Shown here piece after piece: positions 48,828 through 57,684 of a DNA stretch of 64,000 bases. The stretch is taken from the NCBI GenBank assembly GCA_030605565.1, contig JAUWIB010000105.1, positions 10,650 to 74,649 of the forward strand. The letters run 5' to 3'. Both the position numbers and the translations under genes were made by a program. Within the stretch, counting starts at the first letter, position 1; every line of letters starts with the position of its first letter. The notes beneath the pieces are model-generated. The model was given only the letters and a program-made list of their open reading frames with translations, ran no database searches and was not told where the DNA came from. This stretch comes from a bacterium (GTDB lineage: Bacteria; Zixibacteria; MSB-5A5; GN15; FEB-12).

Positions 48828-49127
48828 CTATTTCTTTTTCTTTTTGGTCTTCTTGGTCTTGTCCTGTGTAGTCGCTTTGGGAACCAGCTTTTCTTTGCGA
48901 TCGTCGATGCCGTTGTTGTTTTTGTCGATGAAGTTATCGTACTTCTTCTCGTTGGTGACCTTCTTGGCGGTTTTCGACACAGCCAGCTTCTTTACTTTGG
49001 GCTTCTCTTGCTTGATGACCTTGGTTTTAGTGGTGTCCTTCTTGGTTTTCTTGCTAACGGCTATGACGTCGCCGGAGAAGGCCACCAGTACGGCCATGCT
49101 TACCAGTAAGACTATGAATCGTTTCAT
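48828..49127 (-). CDS. Small secreted Lys-rich protein with a DxNxNGxDD Ca-binding-like motif
   Basis: GGAGG SD, signal peptide MKRFIVLLVSMAVLVAFSG, FIDKNNNGIDDR. Confidence 0.7.
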   Translation of the reverse strand: MKRFIVLLVSMAVLVAFSGDVIAVSKKTKKDTTKTKVIKQEKPKVKKLAVSKTAKKVTNEKKYDNFIDKNNNGIDDRKEKLVPKATTQDKTKKTKKKKK

Positions 49128-49258
49128 TGCACATCCTCCGATGACCGAACGGCAACTCGAAGTCAATGAGAATCTCTGTCCCCGGCTGACGGTCGGCCGG
49201 ATCCTGACCTCGACCAGACCAAGGCCACGACCCGACCTCACAGTTTCACCAGCCGTTC

Positions 49259-50854
49259 TCATTTCCTTCGGCCTCCGCTCTTGGTCTTGCCACCGCTGCT
49301 CTTGGTTTTGCCACTGCTGGTCTTAGTCGTCGTCGACTTGGATCCGACCGAACTTGACTTCGGCTTGCTGGTGGCGGGCTTCACACTGCCGGTTTTTCTC
49401 GCATCGCCACTCTTGCCGGACGGCCTGGATTTGATCGCCGGTTTGGAACCCTTGCTGCCGCTGTCTTGCTTGCGCTGCACCTTCGGTTGAACGGTACTGC
49501 TCTTGCGAGTTTTGGAACCGGACTTCTTTTGATAGTATCCCTTTGACTGCTTGTCAGCCGGGCGGCTGTCCATTTTGGTGGTACCCGAGGTGCGCTTACC
49601 GCTGGAACCACCGGAGCCCACGCGGCCATAATCGGACTTGCGGGCCCCTGTGTCGTAACTGCCATCCGATGACCGGCGCGACTTGACGCCGCTGCTGCCA
49701 CCGCTCTTGCCGGGCGTACCGAGTGTCTTCGTGCTCGGGCGAGCGCCGCGTTTACCCTTGCCTATGAACGCGCCGGCTGTTTCATACCCACGCTCCGTGG
49801 CCACTAATTTGGCATTGCCGCGAAGGTACTTCTTGTTAACGGTCGGCGTGTAATCCATCCTGGCCCCCGAGGTGACAGTGGTCTTCGACTTGACACCCGG
49901 CATTTTTGCCACGACCGACTGCTTCTCTTTGAACTTCGGGTAACCGTGCTTCACCGGATCCCGATATCCAACCCGTCGCACTTCCTTGTACTTGGAGAGA
50001 ACGGCGGGACGGGGAATAATGATATCCCGATTCAGCACTACCGTGTGATAGCGTGAAAAGTGAATATCGCGCTCCCAGCAGTAACCCCAGTGGTCATAGA
50101 TGGTAATCGTGTGCCAGCCCACGTAGATGCGCGGGATGTACAGCGGGGTGCAACCCCAGTAGATGCCGTTGATGTACACCGTGGCGCCCCAGGGATAGTC
50201 GAAGTAGACATTACCGCACACCGTCCAGGACGGATAGTAAGGATAATAGACCGGTCGGTAGTAGGTCGGTTCCCACTCGTTGACGTACAGCGCGGTGCGA
50301 TCGAATGCAAAACTCTGTCCTCCATATCGAACGAAGTAGCGACCATTGAGATGGTCCAGGAACTCATGACGGTCATCCCAATCACAGATCAGGCCCGACA
50401 CCGGATACCACTCCGGGATAGGAAACCGTTCCCGCGAGGCAATGATCTGGATATTCTCAACCCCTTCCGGACCGGAAACGACCAGGTCATAATCGTCGTT
50501 GGAGCCCGGCAGATAATTGGTCACACCACCGCGAACGAAGCCGTCCTGACCCGGTTCCGTCGGGAACAACAGATTGACCCGTCCCCTGGTGTCGATCGAG
50601 TAGATGGCCACGAAGGCGTCTCGGTTGGTGCGATAGTTAATGACCACATTGTCACCGACGAAGAAATCACCGTTGAGATGGTTGGTCCACACTTCCACAT
50701 CAAGGTAACGGTCGATGCGGATATTATCGATGTAGTTCCCGTCGTTGTCGTAGTCGCGCTGGAGGTCCTGAGCGACCACCATGCCGGCAACCGCGAAACA
50801 GATCAGTGTCGCCGTCGCCATCGTCTTGAAACATCTGTGCAACATTTTAGTCAC
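49259..50854 (-). CDS. Secreted DUF4384-domain protein with a PEGA-like segment and a basic low-complexity tail
   Basis: Signal peptide; F.VGDNV.I.Y.TNRDAFV.IY.ID..G.V.LLFP; PEGVENIQIIAS; GATVYING.Y.G.TP; K/S/G-rich C-terminus. Confidence 0.75.
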   Translation of the reverse strand: MTKMLHRCFKTMATATLICFAVAGMVVAQDLQRDYDNDGNYIDNIRIDRYLDVEVWTNHLNGDFFVGDNVVINYRTNRDAFVAIYSIDTRGRVNLLFPTEPGQDGFVRGGVTNYLPGSNDDYDLVVSGPEGVENIQIIASRERFPIPEWYPVSGLICDWDDRHEFLDHLNGRYFVRYGGQSFAFDRTALYVNEWEPTYYRPVYYPYYPSWTVCGNVYFDYPWGATVYINGIYWGCTPLYIPRIYVGWHTITIYDHWGYCWERDIHFSRYHTVVLNRDIIIPRPAVLSKYKEVRRVGYRDPVKHGYPKFKEKQSVVAKMPGVKSKTTVTSGARMDYTPTVNKKYLRGNAKLVATERGYETAGAFIGKGKRGARPSTKTLGTPGKSGGSSGVKSRRSSDGSYDTGARKSDYGRVGSGGSSGKRTSGTTKMDSRPADKQSKGYYQKKSGSKTRKSSTVQPKVQRKQDSGSKGSKPAIKSRPSGKSGDARKTGSVKPATSKPKSSSVGSKSTTTKTSSGKTKSSGGKTKSGGRRK

Positions 50855-50893
50855 CTTCCTTTCAATGATCCTCAGATCACTATCCTATAGTCC

Positions 50894-51757
50894 CTAACGG
50901 GCGGCTTGCGCCTCGTGGCGAACTGGGTCGCCAACAACCGGCGGCGCCAGTTCGGGGTTGTTCTTGTCTTCCTGGTAGGCCCATTGGAACATCACCGCGC
51001 CGTTGTCACGATCTTCCTGAAGCACCCTCAACTTGGCATAGTTCCAATCGCCATGAGCGTCTCTGATAACCAGCACATAAATGTGTCCGGGCACGATCTC
51101 CGCCCAGCCGTTGTCTGACCAACCCTCCTGGGGCGCCCAGCCGACACTGTCGAAAACGGCGTGGAATCCCATAGGTTGCAGAAAGACATCAACGTCACTG
51201 GTCACGTTGATGTAGAACACAACACCAGCGCGGTCAATGTACACGTCCGCGGATGCATTGGCGGAACCGACAACAGCAGCCGTGGAGAAATCGAAGGCTG
51301 CCGAATCCGGCTTGACAGCTTCATCGTACAAAGTGACTCGGCCGTCCGGGCGGGGGGTGTCAAAGACCGACTCCGCCGACAGTTCGGACTCCTGGCCGGC
51401 GTCGTCGATCGACGTGATAGCATAGTAATAGGTAGTCCCGTTGGCAACGCTGTCATCAATATAACCCGGTTCGTAGTAGATCAGGTCCAGATCTGAGTTC
51501 GGCACTGCTTCCACCAAGCCAATCTCGCGGTAGCCGGTGAATTCATCGTATGAGCGGTAGACGGCGAAGTAGCTGATATCACCTTCATAAGGAGCGGTCC
51601 AGTATACGAAAACGGAATCATTACCGGTGATGCTAAACACGCCCTGCGGCGGCTGTGGGGGCGGATCGTAGACGGCGATTACTTCGTCATCGCAACAGCT
51701 GGCAACCATCAGACTCATCAGCACCAGCGCCAGTATCGATCTCTTCATCAGTTCCAT
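50894..51757 (-). CDS. Lipoprotein with FN3-like domain
   Basis: Lipobox VASC; PPQPPQGV...V.VYW...YYYAITSID..GQES; AAGGAG SD. Confidence 0.75.
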   Translation of the reverse strand: MELMKRSILALVLMSLMVASCCDDEVIAVYDPPPQPPQGVFSITGNDSVFVYWTAPYEGDISYFAVYRSYDEFTGYREIGLVEAVPNSDLDLIYYEPGYIDDSVANGTTYYYAITSIDDAGQESELSAESVFDTPRPDGRVTLYDEAVKPDSAAFDFSTAAVVGSANASADVYIDRAGVVFYINVTSDVDVFLQPMGFHAVFDSVGWAPQEGWSDNGWAEIVPGHIYVLVIRDAHGDWNYAKLRVLQEDRDNGAVMFQWAYQEDKNNPELAPPVVGDPVRHEAQAAR

Positions 51758-51801
51758 GTCAATACTCCTTCCCGAATCTTTCAAGTTCCGCCTTCAACTA
51801 A

Positions 51802-51817
51802 TACAAACGGCGTGCCA
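51802..51817 (-). promoter_or_regulatory. Putative sigma54 (-24/-12) promoter
   Basis: TGGCACGCCGTTTGTA, one mismatch to TGGCACG-N4-TTGCW. Confidence 0.6.
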
Positions 51818-51882
51818 ACAGCCATAACGGCCTGTATGGACATGAGTTAACTATATCCACAGAGGCTGCCGGAGCGTCCCTA

Positions 51883-51919
51883 CGCACAGAATTTGTGCGC
51901 GCTCCCCTAACCCCGCACA
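51883..51919. promoter_or_regulatory. Putative enhancer (bEBP) binding sites
   Basis: Palindrome CGCACA-GAATT-TGTGCG (GCAC-N7-GTGC) and a second CGCACA half-site 31 bp away. Confidence 0.5.
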
Positions 51920-51927
51920 AAAAGTAG

Positions 51928-53277
51928 TCAGCTTTTCCGGAGGTTATATTCTTTGATCTTGGCCCGCAGAGTATTGCGGTGGATGCCCAGTTTTTCGGCG
52001 CAGAGTCCCAGATTCCAGTCCAGTTGGTCGAGACAATGTTTGATGTGACGCCTTTCCATGTCGGACAATGGAACCACCGTCTCGGCGGCGCCTGAATTGC
52101 CCTTGAGGGTGAGACCGGTCAAGTCTTCCCTGGTGATACGGTCCGAACGTGTCAGCACAACGGCTCGTTCGATAATGTTCTCCAGTTCGCGAACATTCCC
52201 CGGCCAGTTGTACCGGACCAGCAGTTCAGCCGCTTCACTGTCAACGCCTGTTATTTCCTTGCCGATCTTGCGGCTGAACCGTTCGACAAACTTCTCGGTC
52301 AACAGCAGGACATCGCCGGCTCGTTCGACCAGAGGAGGCATGTCGATCGTTATCACATTCAACCGGTAGTACAAATCGTCACGGAAGCTGCCCTGAGCCA
52401 TCGCCTTCAACAGATCGCGGTTGGTAGCGGTGATGATTCTGATATCGAGCGGAATCTCCTTGACCGATCCGAGACGTTGAATCTTGTGCTCCTCCAGCAC
52501 ACGCAAGAGCTTGACCTGCATGGAAGGCGGCATTTCACCGATCTCGTCAAGGAACAAAGTGCCACCGTCGGCCAGTTCGAAGCGACCTTGCTTGGCGCGA
52601 TCGGCGCCGGTGAAGGCTCCCTTCTCGAAGCCGAACAGTTCCGATTCGAGTAAGGTTTCCGGGAAAGCGGCGCAGTTGATAGCGACCAGTTCTTTTTCGG
52701 CTCGTGGTGAAAGAGCGTGAATAGCCCGCGCTACCAACTCCTTGCCCGTCCCCGATGGTCCCGTAATCAGGACGGTTGCATCTTTGGGCGCTACCAGCGA
52801 GATCATCTCTTTCACTTTGAGCATGGCCGGCGATTCACCGATCATCTCGGAGGTGGGAAAAACTTCGGCCAGTCGTTCGCTCATCACTTTGTGCTCAACG
52901 ACAAGACGGTTCTGCTGCACCGCTTTCTCAAGTTTGAGCAGAAGTTCGTCAAGATTCTCGACCGGTTTGGTCAGATAGTCGAATGCACCTGCCTTGATAG
53001 CCGCCACCGCTGTCTCGACCGAGCCGAAAGCTGTCAATACCAGAACCTGGATGAACGGATTGATCTCACGGAGTTTTCCCAACAACTCCAGTCCGGTCAT
53101 GCCCGGCATTTTCATATCGACGATAGCCAGAGGAGAGAAAACATGATGATATTCCTCCAACGCCCTGGCGCCGGAGGCAAAGGTGTGAACCTCAAATCCT
53201 TTCTTGGAGAGAAACCCGGCCAGCATTTCACGCTGCCCGGCTTCGTCGTCCACCACCAGAAGTTTTGTCTCAGCCAT
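51928..53277 (-). CDS. Sigma54-dependent response regulator (REC, AAA+, Fis HTH; NtrC/AtoC/ZraR family)
   Basis: DMKMPG receiver, [49 protein letters not shown]. Confidence 0.96.
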   Translation of the reverse strand: MAETKLLVVDDEAGQREMLAGFLSKKGFEVHTFASGARALEEYHHVFSPLAIVDMKMPGMTGLELLGKLREINPFIQVLVLTAFGSVETAVAAIKAGAFDYLTKPVENLDELLLKLEKAVQQNRLVVEHKVMSERLAEVFPTSEMIGESPAMLKVKEMISLVAPKDATVLITGPSGTGKELVARAIHALSPRAEKELVAINCAAFPETLLESELFGFEKGAFTGADRAKQGRFELADGGTLFLDEIGEMPPSMQVKLLRVLEEHKIQRLGSVKEIPLDIRIITATNRDLLKAMAQGSFRDDLYYRLNVITIDMPPLVERAGDVLLLTEKFVERFSRKIGKEITGVDSEAAELLVRYNWPGNVRELENIIERAVVLTRSDRITREDLTGLTLKGNSGAAETVVPLSDMERRHIKHCLDQLDWNLGLCAEKLGIHRNTLRAKIKEYNLRKS

Positions 53278-53314
53278 CTTGTTAATCTACGCAGTTTGCC
53301 TCAGGCGGCAACAC

Positions 53315-53344
53315 AAAAAAAGCCCGCCGATATTTCGGCGGGCT
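53315..53344 (-). terminator. Intrinsic terminator
   Basis: AGCCCGCCGA-4 nt-TCGGCGGGCT with a U-tract on the minus strand. Confidence 0.85.
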
Positions 53345-53362
53345 GAAGCATGCAGAATAATT

Positions 53363-54004
53363 TTATTCGCCTGAGCCGATCATTAATCGTACCCCGGCGT
53401 GAACGTCCAGGACGCCCAGCGTTTCATCAAAAGTCAGGGTCTCATCTTTGTATTCACGCTTGGTGTCGCTGGTGGCGGCATAATGGTAGTTGACTTCCAG
53501 AAAAACACCACTGTAGTCGGCGCTGTAATAGAACAACCCTGCCCCAATGCCGGCGGCAAAGACCGGGTCGTATGATATGGCCTGGTATCTGGTATCTTGC
53601 ATCAGAGTAGTGAACTTGGCGTTTTCGATCCCGACATGCGCTTTTACATACGGTTCAAAGTTCGACTCACCGACAAAGTAGTATTTCGCAAACAGGTTCG
53701 GGTTGTACAGACGATGGTGTGCACCCTCCACCAAATCAGGACCGTCGATGCCGAACTGAGTGTACACGAAGTTGAAGCCGATGACCAGATTGGACTTGAA
53801 GAAGTACCCGAAGTCGGCGCCCAGTGACCAGCCCATCGTAGCGCCAAGGCTGTCATGCCAGTTGCTCAAACCTCCCCCCGGCGAGCCCAATCCGCCGTAG
53901 ACGCAGATCTCCAGCAGGTCGCGTTCTTCGTCCTCTTGTGCCATTGCTACCATGTTGATACCAAAAAGCAGAATTACCGTTAGCAGAAGTGACCACCGTT
54001 TCAT
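53363..54004 (-). CDS. Outer-membrane beta-barrel protein (OmpA/OmpW-like, 8-stranded)
   Basis: Signal peptide; alternating aromatic strands, FEPYVKAHVG, GVFLEVNYHY, DVHAGVRL. Confidence 0.75.
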   Translation of the reverse strand: MKRWSLLLTVILLFGINMVAMAQEDEERDLLEICVYGGLGSPGGGLSNWHDSLGATMGWSLGADFGYFFKSNLVIGFNFVYTQFGIDGPDLVEGAHHRLYNPNLFAKYYFVGESNFEPYVKAHVGIENAKFTTLMQDTRYQAISYDPVFAAGIGAGLFYYSADYSGVFLEVNYHYAATSDTKREYKDETLTFDETLGVLDVHAGVRLMIGSGE

Positions 54005-54207
54005 CTACCTATCCTCAATTTATTGCGCTTCGTCTACCGTTTAATATCGGCCCTTACCCGCCTTCCAAGGCGGTGCCGATGTCGATTCAGGCGGTTAATA
54101 AACATGCCAATAGACGCTTTGTCAACAGATTATGTCCAATGAAATATGAACAGAATGCCTGGTGACCCGAAGGCTCATTGCGGCCATGTCATAGTCGGGG
54201 GTGGGGT

Positions 54208-54379
54208 GGGGCTGTCCCAGAAGGTCGCACACCAAGGTGATAGAAAACATTGTTCACAAGGGCGTCACGTAATCCCGCGTAGGGGGCGGCCTTGTGTCGC
54301 CCCAATGAACGCCACTTGTGGCCGGCCGAGACAAGCCCCGCCGCTACGCGATAGAAAAAGCAACTTGTGGGACGACCTC
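54208..54379. mobile_element. 172-bp MITE-like element containing a GTAG REP doublet
   Basis: TIRs GGGGCTGTCCCAGAAG / CTTGTGGGACGACCTC; flanks GGGT / AGGT; internal GTAGGGGGCGGCCTTGTGTCGCCCC...GGCCGAGACAAGCCCCGCCGCTAC (54279-54347). Confidence 0.55.
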
Positions 54380-54555
54380 AGGTCACCCAACGCCACAGTC
54401 CCTTAACGGTCTTGTCAGTTTGCCCGGAGAGTAGCTGAAAACATACATTCGCATTTTGCAGTTGCGTGACGACCGCTGTTGAGTTATTTAGTGCCTGTTA
54501 CAGGTCCGAACTGAGCGTGATCAGACATGGTTACAGAAAGATCGGGCTTGGCCAT

Positions 54556-54627
54556 GCCCCCGTGGTGTAACGGATAACGCGTCGGCCTCCGGAGCCGTAA
54601 ATCCAGGTTCGATTCCTGGCGGGGGTA
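54556..54627 (+). tRNA. tRNA-Arg(CCG)
   Basis: Acceptor GCCCCCG/CGGGGGT, anticodon loop CTCCGGA, T-arm CCAGG-TTCGATT-CCTGG; CCA not encoded. Confidence 0.93.
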
Positions 54628-54709
54628 TTTTGAAACGCTGATGTCACCCACAGCAAGCTGTGTACCACCCGGCAAGAAGGTCTGTGGAGCGAGCCACCTG
54701 TCTCGTATA

Positions 54710-55423
54710 CTATCTCGTTCCCGGTTTCCTTGTTCTCGATACCAGTTCATCAAGGAGTGCGAACAGCTTCTGTTTCAGTTCTATATCAGCCTCTACACGC
54801 TTCCGTTTCAGAAACCTATATACACGAAACCGAGTGATCCGGCCAATCCGCCTAGCGACGGCCCTGATATCATCTTCAAGGGTGTCACGTAAATGGCTAT
54901 CATAGAAATCTCTCGCGGCAGCAGTGATTCCTGCGATATCTCCGCTGTCTTCAGGGGCTGGCGTGCCTGTTCCAAAGAGCGTCTCTACTGAACTCAAATA
55001 CCTGCGAATATCTGACTGAGTACGCGACCGGCCCGAAAGCGAGAAGGCCAGCAGTGGGTCAATGGTAGCAATGTCTACTATGGTCTGCTCATAGGAACCA
55101 CACAATGATTGAAGGGCCTCTTGTCGGAGCGGCACAACCAAAGGTTCTATGAACTGCTGAAGGAACTCTCGAAGCTGTTCTGTTGTATATGAGTTGGCGG
55201 TGTCCGGATCATTGCTCTGTATCCATTCGTGAAGCGTTGAACTTGCCTGCGTCAAATTGGGAGGAGCCGTCAGATGGTGAAGGTTCATCAAGTTGAATAG
55301 CGCTCGCCGCAGCCGCCGCTTGTCCTCCCCCCGCTGGCGTAGATGGGCCGTTATCTCGTTGAGGAGAAAGCCAAGTAGAACGCCGCCTAGGACGCCAAAT
55401 ACACTCACAATGCCAGCATCCAT
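54710..55423 (-). CDS. Hypothetical membrane-anchored protein (islet cargo)
   Basis: GGAGG SD, N-terminal TM helix, helical 237-aa ORF. Confidence 0.7.
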   Translation of the reverse strand: MDAGIVSVFGVLGGVLLGFLLNEITAHLRQRGEDKRRLRRALFNLMNLHHLTAPPNLTQASSTLHEWIQSNDPDTANSYTTEQLREFLQQFIEPLVVPLRQEALQSLCGSYEQTIVDIATIDPLLAFSLSGRSRTQSDIRRYLSSVETLFGTGTPAPEDSGDIAGITAAARDFYDSHLRDTLEDDIRAVARRIGRITRFRVYRFLKRKRVEADIELKQKLFALLDELVSRTRKPGTR

Positions 55424-55623
55424 GGGCTTACAACCTCCGGTTACAGGTTCACAATTAAAGATTCTAGCTTACCCAGCACAACTTGATTTTTCCAAGAGTC
55501 GGAGATTCTCACAAGACGGCTGCAGGAATACCCCTTAGACAAATCAGACACCCGTTTTTCAAACATATGCCCATAACCTGTACTTATCACAGGTTTGGGA
55601 ATATCCGATTCTCTGTCGAAGAA

Positions 55624-55863
55624 TCAGTGCTCTCGGTCGAGAAGGGATTGGATTTTCTCCATGTCAGCTCCTTCCCCCAAGTCAAAGACTATATCAGCGT
55701 CGTTCGAACCGGTGATACTTCTTGCATTCTCGTTTAGGGGTATATTATTCGCTTTGAATAGATCGCGTACTTTGCCCCCTTGTGCTTCAGGTACAATGAC
55801 GTAGGGTCCTGCAGTACCATCACACTTGACTTCAATGCGATTTCCAGTTAGGTCGTCAATCAT
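55624..55863 (-). CDS. Small hypothetical protein (islet cargo)
   Basis: GAAGGA SD; sigma28-like TAAG-N15-GCCGAATA upstream (55913-55939). Confidence 0.6.
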   Translation of the reverse strand: MIDDLTGNRIEVKCDGTAGPYVIVPEAQGGKVRDLFKANNIPLNENARSITGSNDADIVFDLGEGADMEKIQSLLDREH

Positions 55864-56146
55864 TCTAGTTCCTTCCGCTATATTGGCTACGGGGTACTCC
55901 CCTTATTCAGAATATTCGGCAACCGATGGACAAGACTTAGCGGTTTTTAGTTGAAAAGCAGAGGCAATGCACGTACACTTGCACGCAATATGAGACGTGT
56001 TATTTCACAAAGAGCCCAGGGAATCACACGATCAGTGATGAACATCTCTAGAAGTAGGGCCTCTGATTTTTCACGGCTCATAGGTGACGCCTACGCTGTA
56101 CGTTGTTGTTGCACCACGGACTCACGTCTGGGCTACCCGGGAAATT

Positions 56147-56198
56147 GAGCATCTGCCTTTTATGCAGAGGGTAGCAGGTTCGATTCCCGGCGGGGGTA
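56147..56198 (+). pseudogene. tRNA fragment: Lys(TTT)-like anticodon arm fused to the tRNA-Arg 3' end
   Basis: GAGCA-TCTGC-CTTTTAT-GCAGA-GGGTA-GCAGGTTCGATTCC; no D-arm 5' half and no matching acceptor strand. Confidence 0.6.
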
Positions 56199-56257
56199 TT
56201 GCTAATGGAATGATGGGATGGTATCAGGGAGACCGTCTACTCCACAGGGGGACCAAC

Positions 56258-56755
56258 CTACGAAACTTCTGCCGCCTCGCCCCCACTCTTGCCCCACTTG
56301 ATAAAACCGAACAACTCCGACAACACCTTCGGAAAAAAGCCCAGCCATAAGATCAGCGGCAGGGCATCGTTCACGAGGTAGATCGGGACGATGATCCGGT
56401 AAGCGCTTTTTGACATCGAGTATGCCTCGACGATATAATAGATGGCGATGGACATGGCGATGTGCACGAGCACGATGACGGCCAGACCGCCGAAGAGCGC
56501 GAGCAACGATTGTCTCCAATGCTTGATGATGCCGGGCGTTGCCAGCAGCAGCGCCAGGTATGGCACGAGGTTCGTGAAATGCTCAGCGGTCAACGCCAGA
56601 TGCCAGGTGCGTACCCCGAACAGCTTGAAGAAAAACGTCGCAATCGGATCGATCCAGTAAGGATAGGCATGTTGGCACTGTGTGAACCAGAGCCAGCCGA
56701 GCAGCAGAGTGGCGGGTAGCAGTTTAAGAAGAAACAGCCACAGGTTTCTTTTCAC
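56258..56755 (-). CDS. Exosortase-associated membrane protein
   Basis: About 4 TMs, NLVPYLALLLATP; overlaps the exosortase gene. Confidence 0.7.
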   Translation of the reverse strand: MKRNLWLFLLKLLPATLLLGWLWFTQCQHAYPYWIDPIATFFFKLFGVRTWHLALTAEHFTNLVPYLALLLATPGIIKHWRQSLLALFGGLAVIVLVHIAMSIAIYYIVEAYSMSKSAYRIIVPIYLVNDALPLILWLGFFPKVLSELFGFIKWGKSGGEAAEVS

Positions 56756-57323
56756 GGTACACCACCAGATACAACCACCCGACCCAGACCGACCCGATCA
56801 TGATTATCAGCGTCCCCTGCCAAAAGTAGAGATGCATGAAGTCGAACGCTGCCGGCCAAAAAGCGCCGACTACAATCAGCAGCGTAATGCGCACAACATT
56901 GAACAAGTAAATGGCCGGCAAACCGATCAGCAAGCCAAGGAGTTTCTTGCGAATTGTCGTCGAGAAGGACAGCACCGCAGCGAGGTAAATGACCATCTCC
57001 AGTAAACCCGTACATTCATCGATGATCTCAACCATAAAGCCGTGGAAGGCACAATGCTTGCCCTGGTAGAACACCTCGTCTGAAAAGATCGAAAGGACGA
57101 AACCGGAGATATGAGCCGTCGCCTTCATCAAGGGAATGAGGCTGTCATGATAGCTGGCCGTCACGTGCGCGTAGATCCCACCGAAAACGGCCAGACCGAC
57201 CAAAAACAGAATTATGAACTTGAGAATGGGTGAGAGTTTGCGCCTCTGTTTCGTGGACGCCGGGACTGGTTGCGAATCGTTCGGGGTTAGGTTCGGAGTG
57301 TCGGAGTCGTTTTGTGCTGTCAT
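56724..57323 (-). CDS. Exosortase/archaeosortase family protein (XrtH-like)
   Basis: Catalytic triad motifs IIDECTG, FNVVRI, FMHLYFWQ. Confidence 0.85.
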   Translation of the reverse strand: MTAQNDSDTPNLTPNDSQPVPASTKQRRKLSPILKFIILFLVGLAVFGGIYAHVTASYHDSLIPLMKATAHISGFVLSIFSDEVFYQGKHCAFHGFMVEIIDECTGLLEMVIYLAAVLSFSTTIRKKLLGLLIGLPAIYLFNVVRITLLIVVGAFWPAAFDFMHLYFWQGTLIIMIGSVWVGWLYLVVYREKKPVAVSS

Positions 57324-57432
57324 GGCGCTAATTTAATCCAAAGATGATCAAGTCGCAACAGGTAATCTGTTAGCCGAGACGCCTGCCGCCGCCTGGCAGG
57401 CGACAAAGGAATCTGCTGAACATTGGGCGCTG

Positions 57433-57684
57433 TCACAAGACGTAGGTCAGAACCACCGCCAGCCAGACGATCACCACTGCCAGTTGTCCGGGCCAGCGAC
57501 CGCTGCCCACAAACATAGCGATGGCTGAATAGATCAGGGCAATCCCCAGCCGGGCAGTCCATTTGGCCAAATGCGCGACGTGATAGGCATCGGCGAGCAA
57601 CAGCAATCCGGCCAGCGCCAAAGCCACGTAGACCAACCAGTACGGCTCGTTTCTGGTTGATGATGATGACTTGTTATTTCCCAT
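57433..57684 (-). CDS. Small membrane protein (3 TM)
   Basis: AAGGAG SD inside the amidase 3' end; three hydrophobic helices. Confidence 0.65.
   Translation of the reverse strand: MGNNKSSSSTRNEPYWLVYVALALAGLLLLADAYHVAHLAKWTARLGIALIYSAIAMFVGSGRWPGQLAVVIVWLAVVLTYVL

Larger units (their letters stand above)
54604..56200. mobile_element. Integrase-less genomic islet at the tRNA-Arg 3' end
   Basis: 26-bp direct repeat CAGGTTCGATTCC(T/C)GGCGGGGGTATT at 54604-54629 and 56175-56200; the interior is visibly more AT-rich and carries orphan ORFs. Confidence 0.75.

Noticed and set aside
49259..49760. Low-complexity repeat-like DNA
   Set aside because: Explained by the Lys/Ser/Gly/Thr-rich coding tail; no exact tandem unit
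56130..56200. Second functional tRNA (Lys)
   Set aside because: No D-arm 5' strand, mismatched T-stem and no complementary acceptor stem
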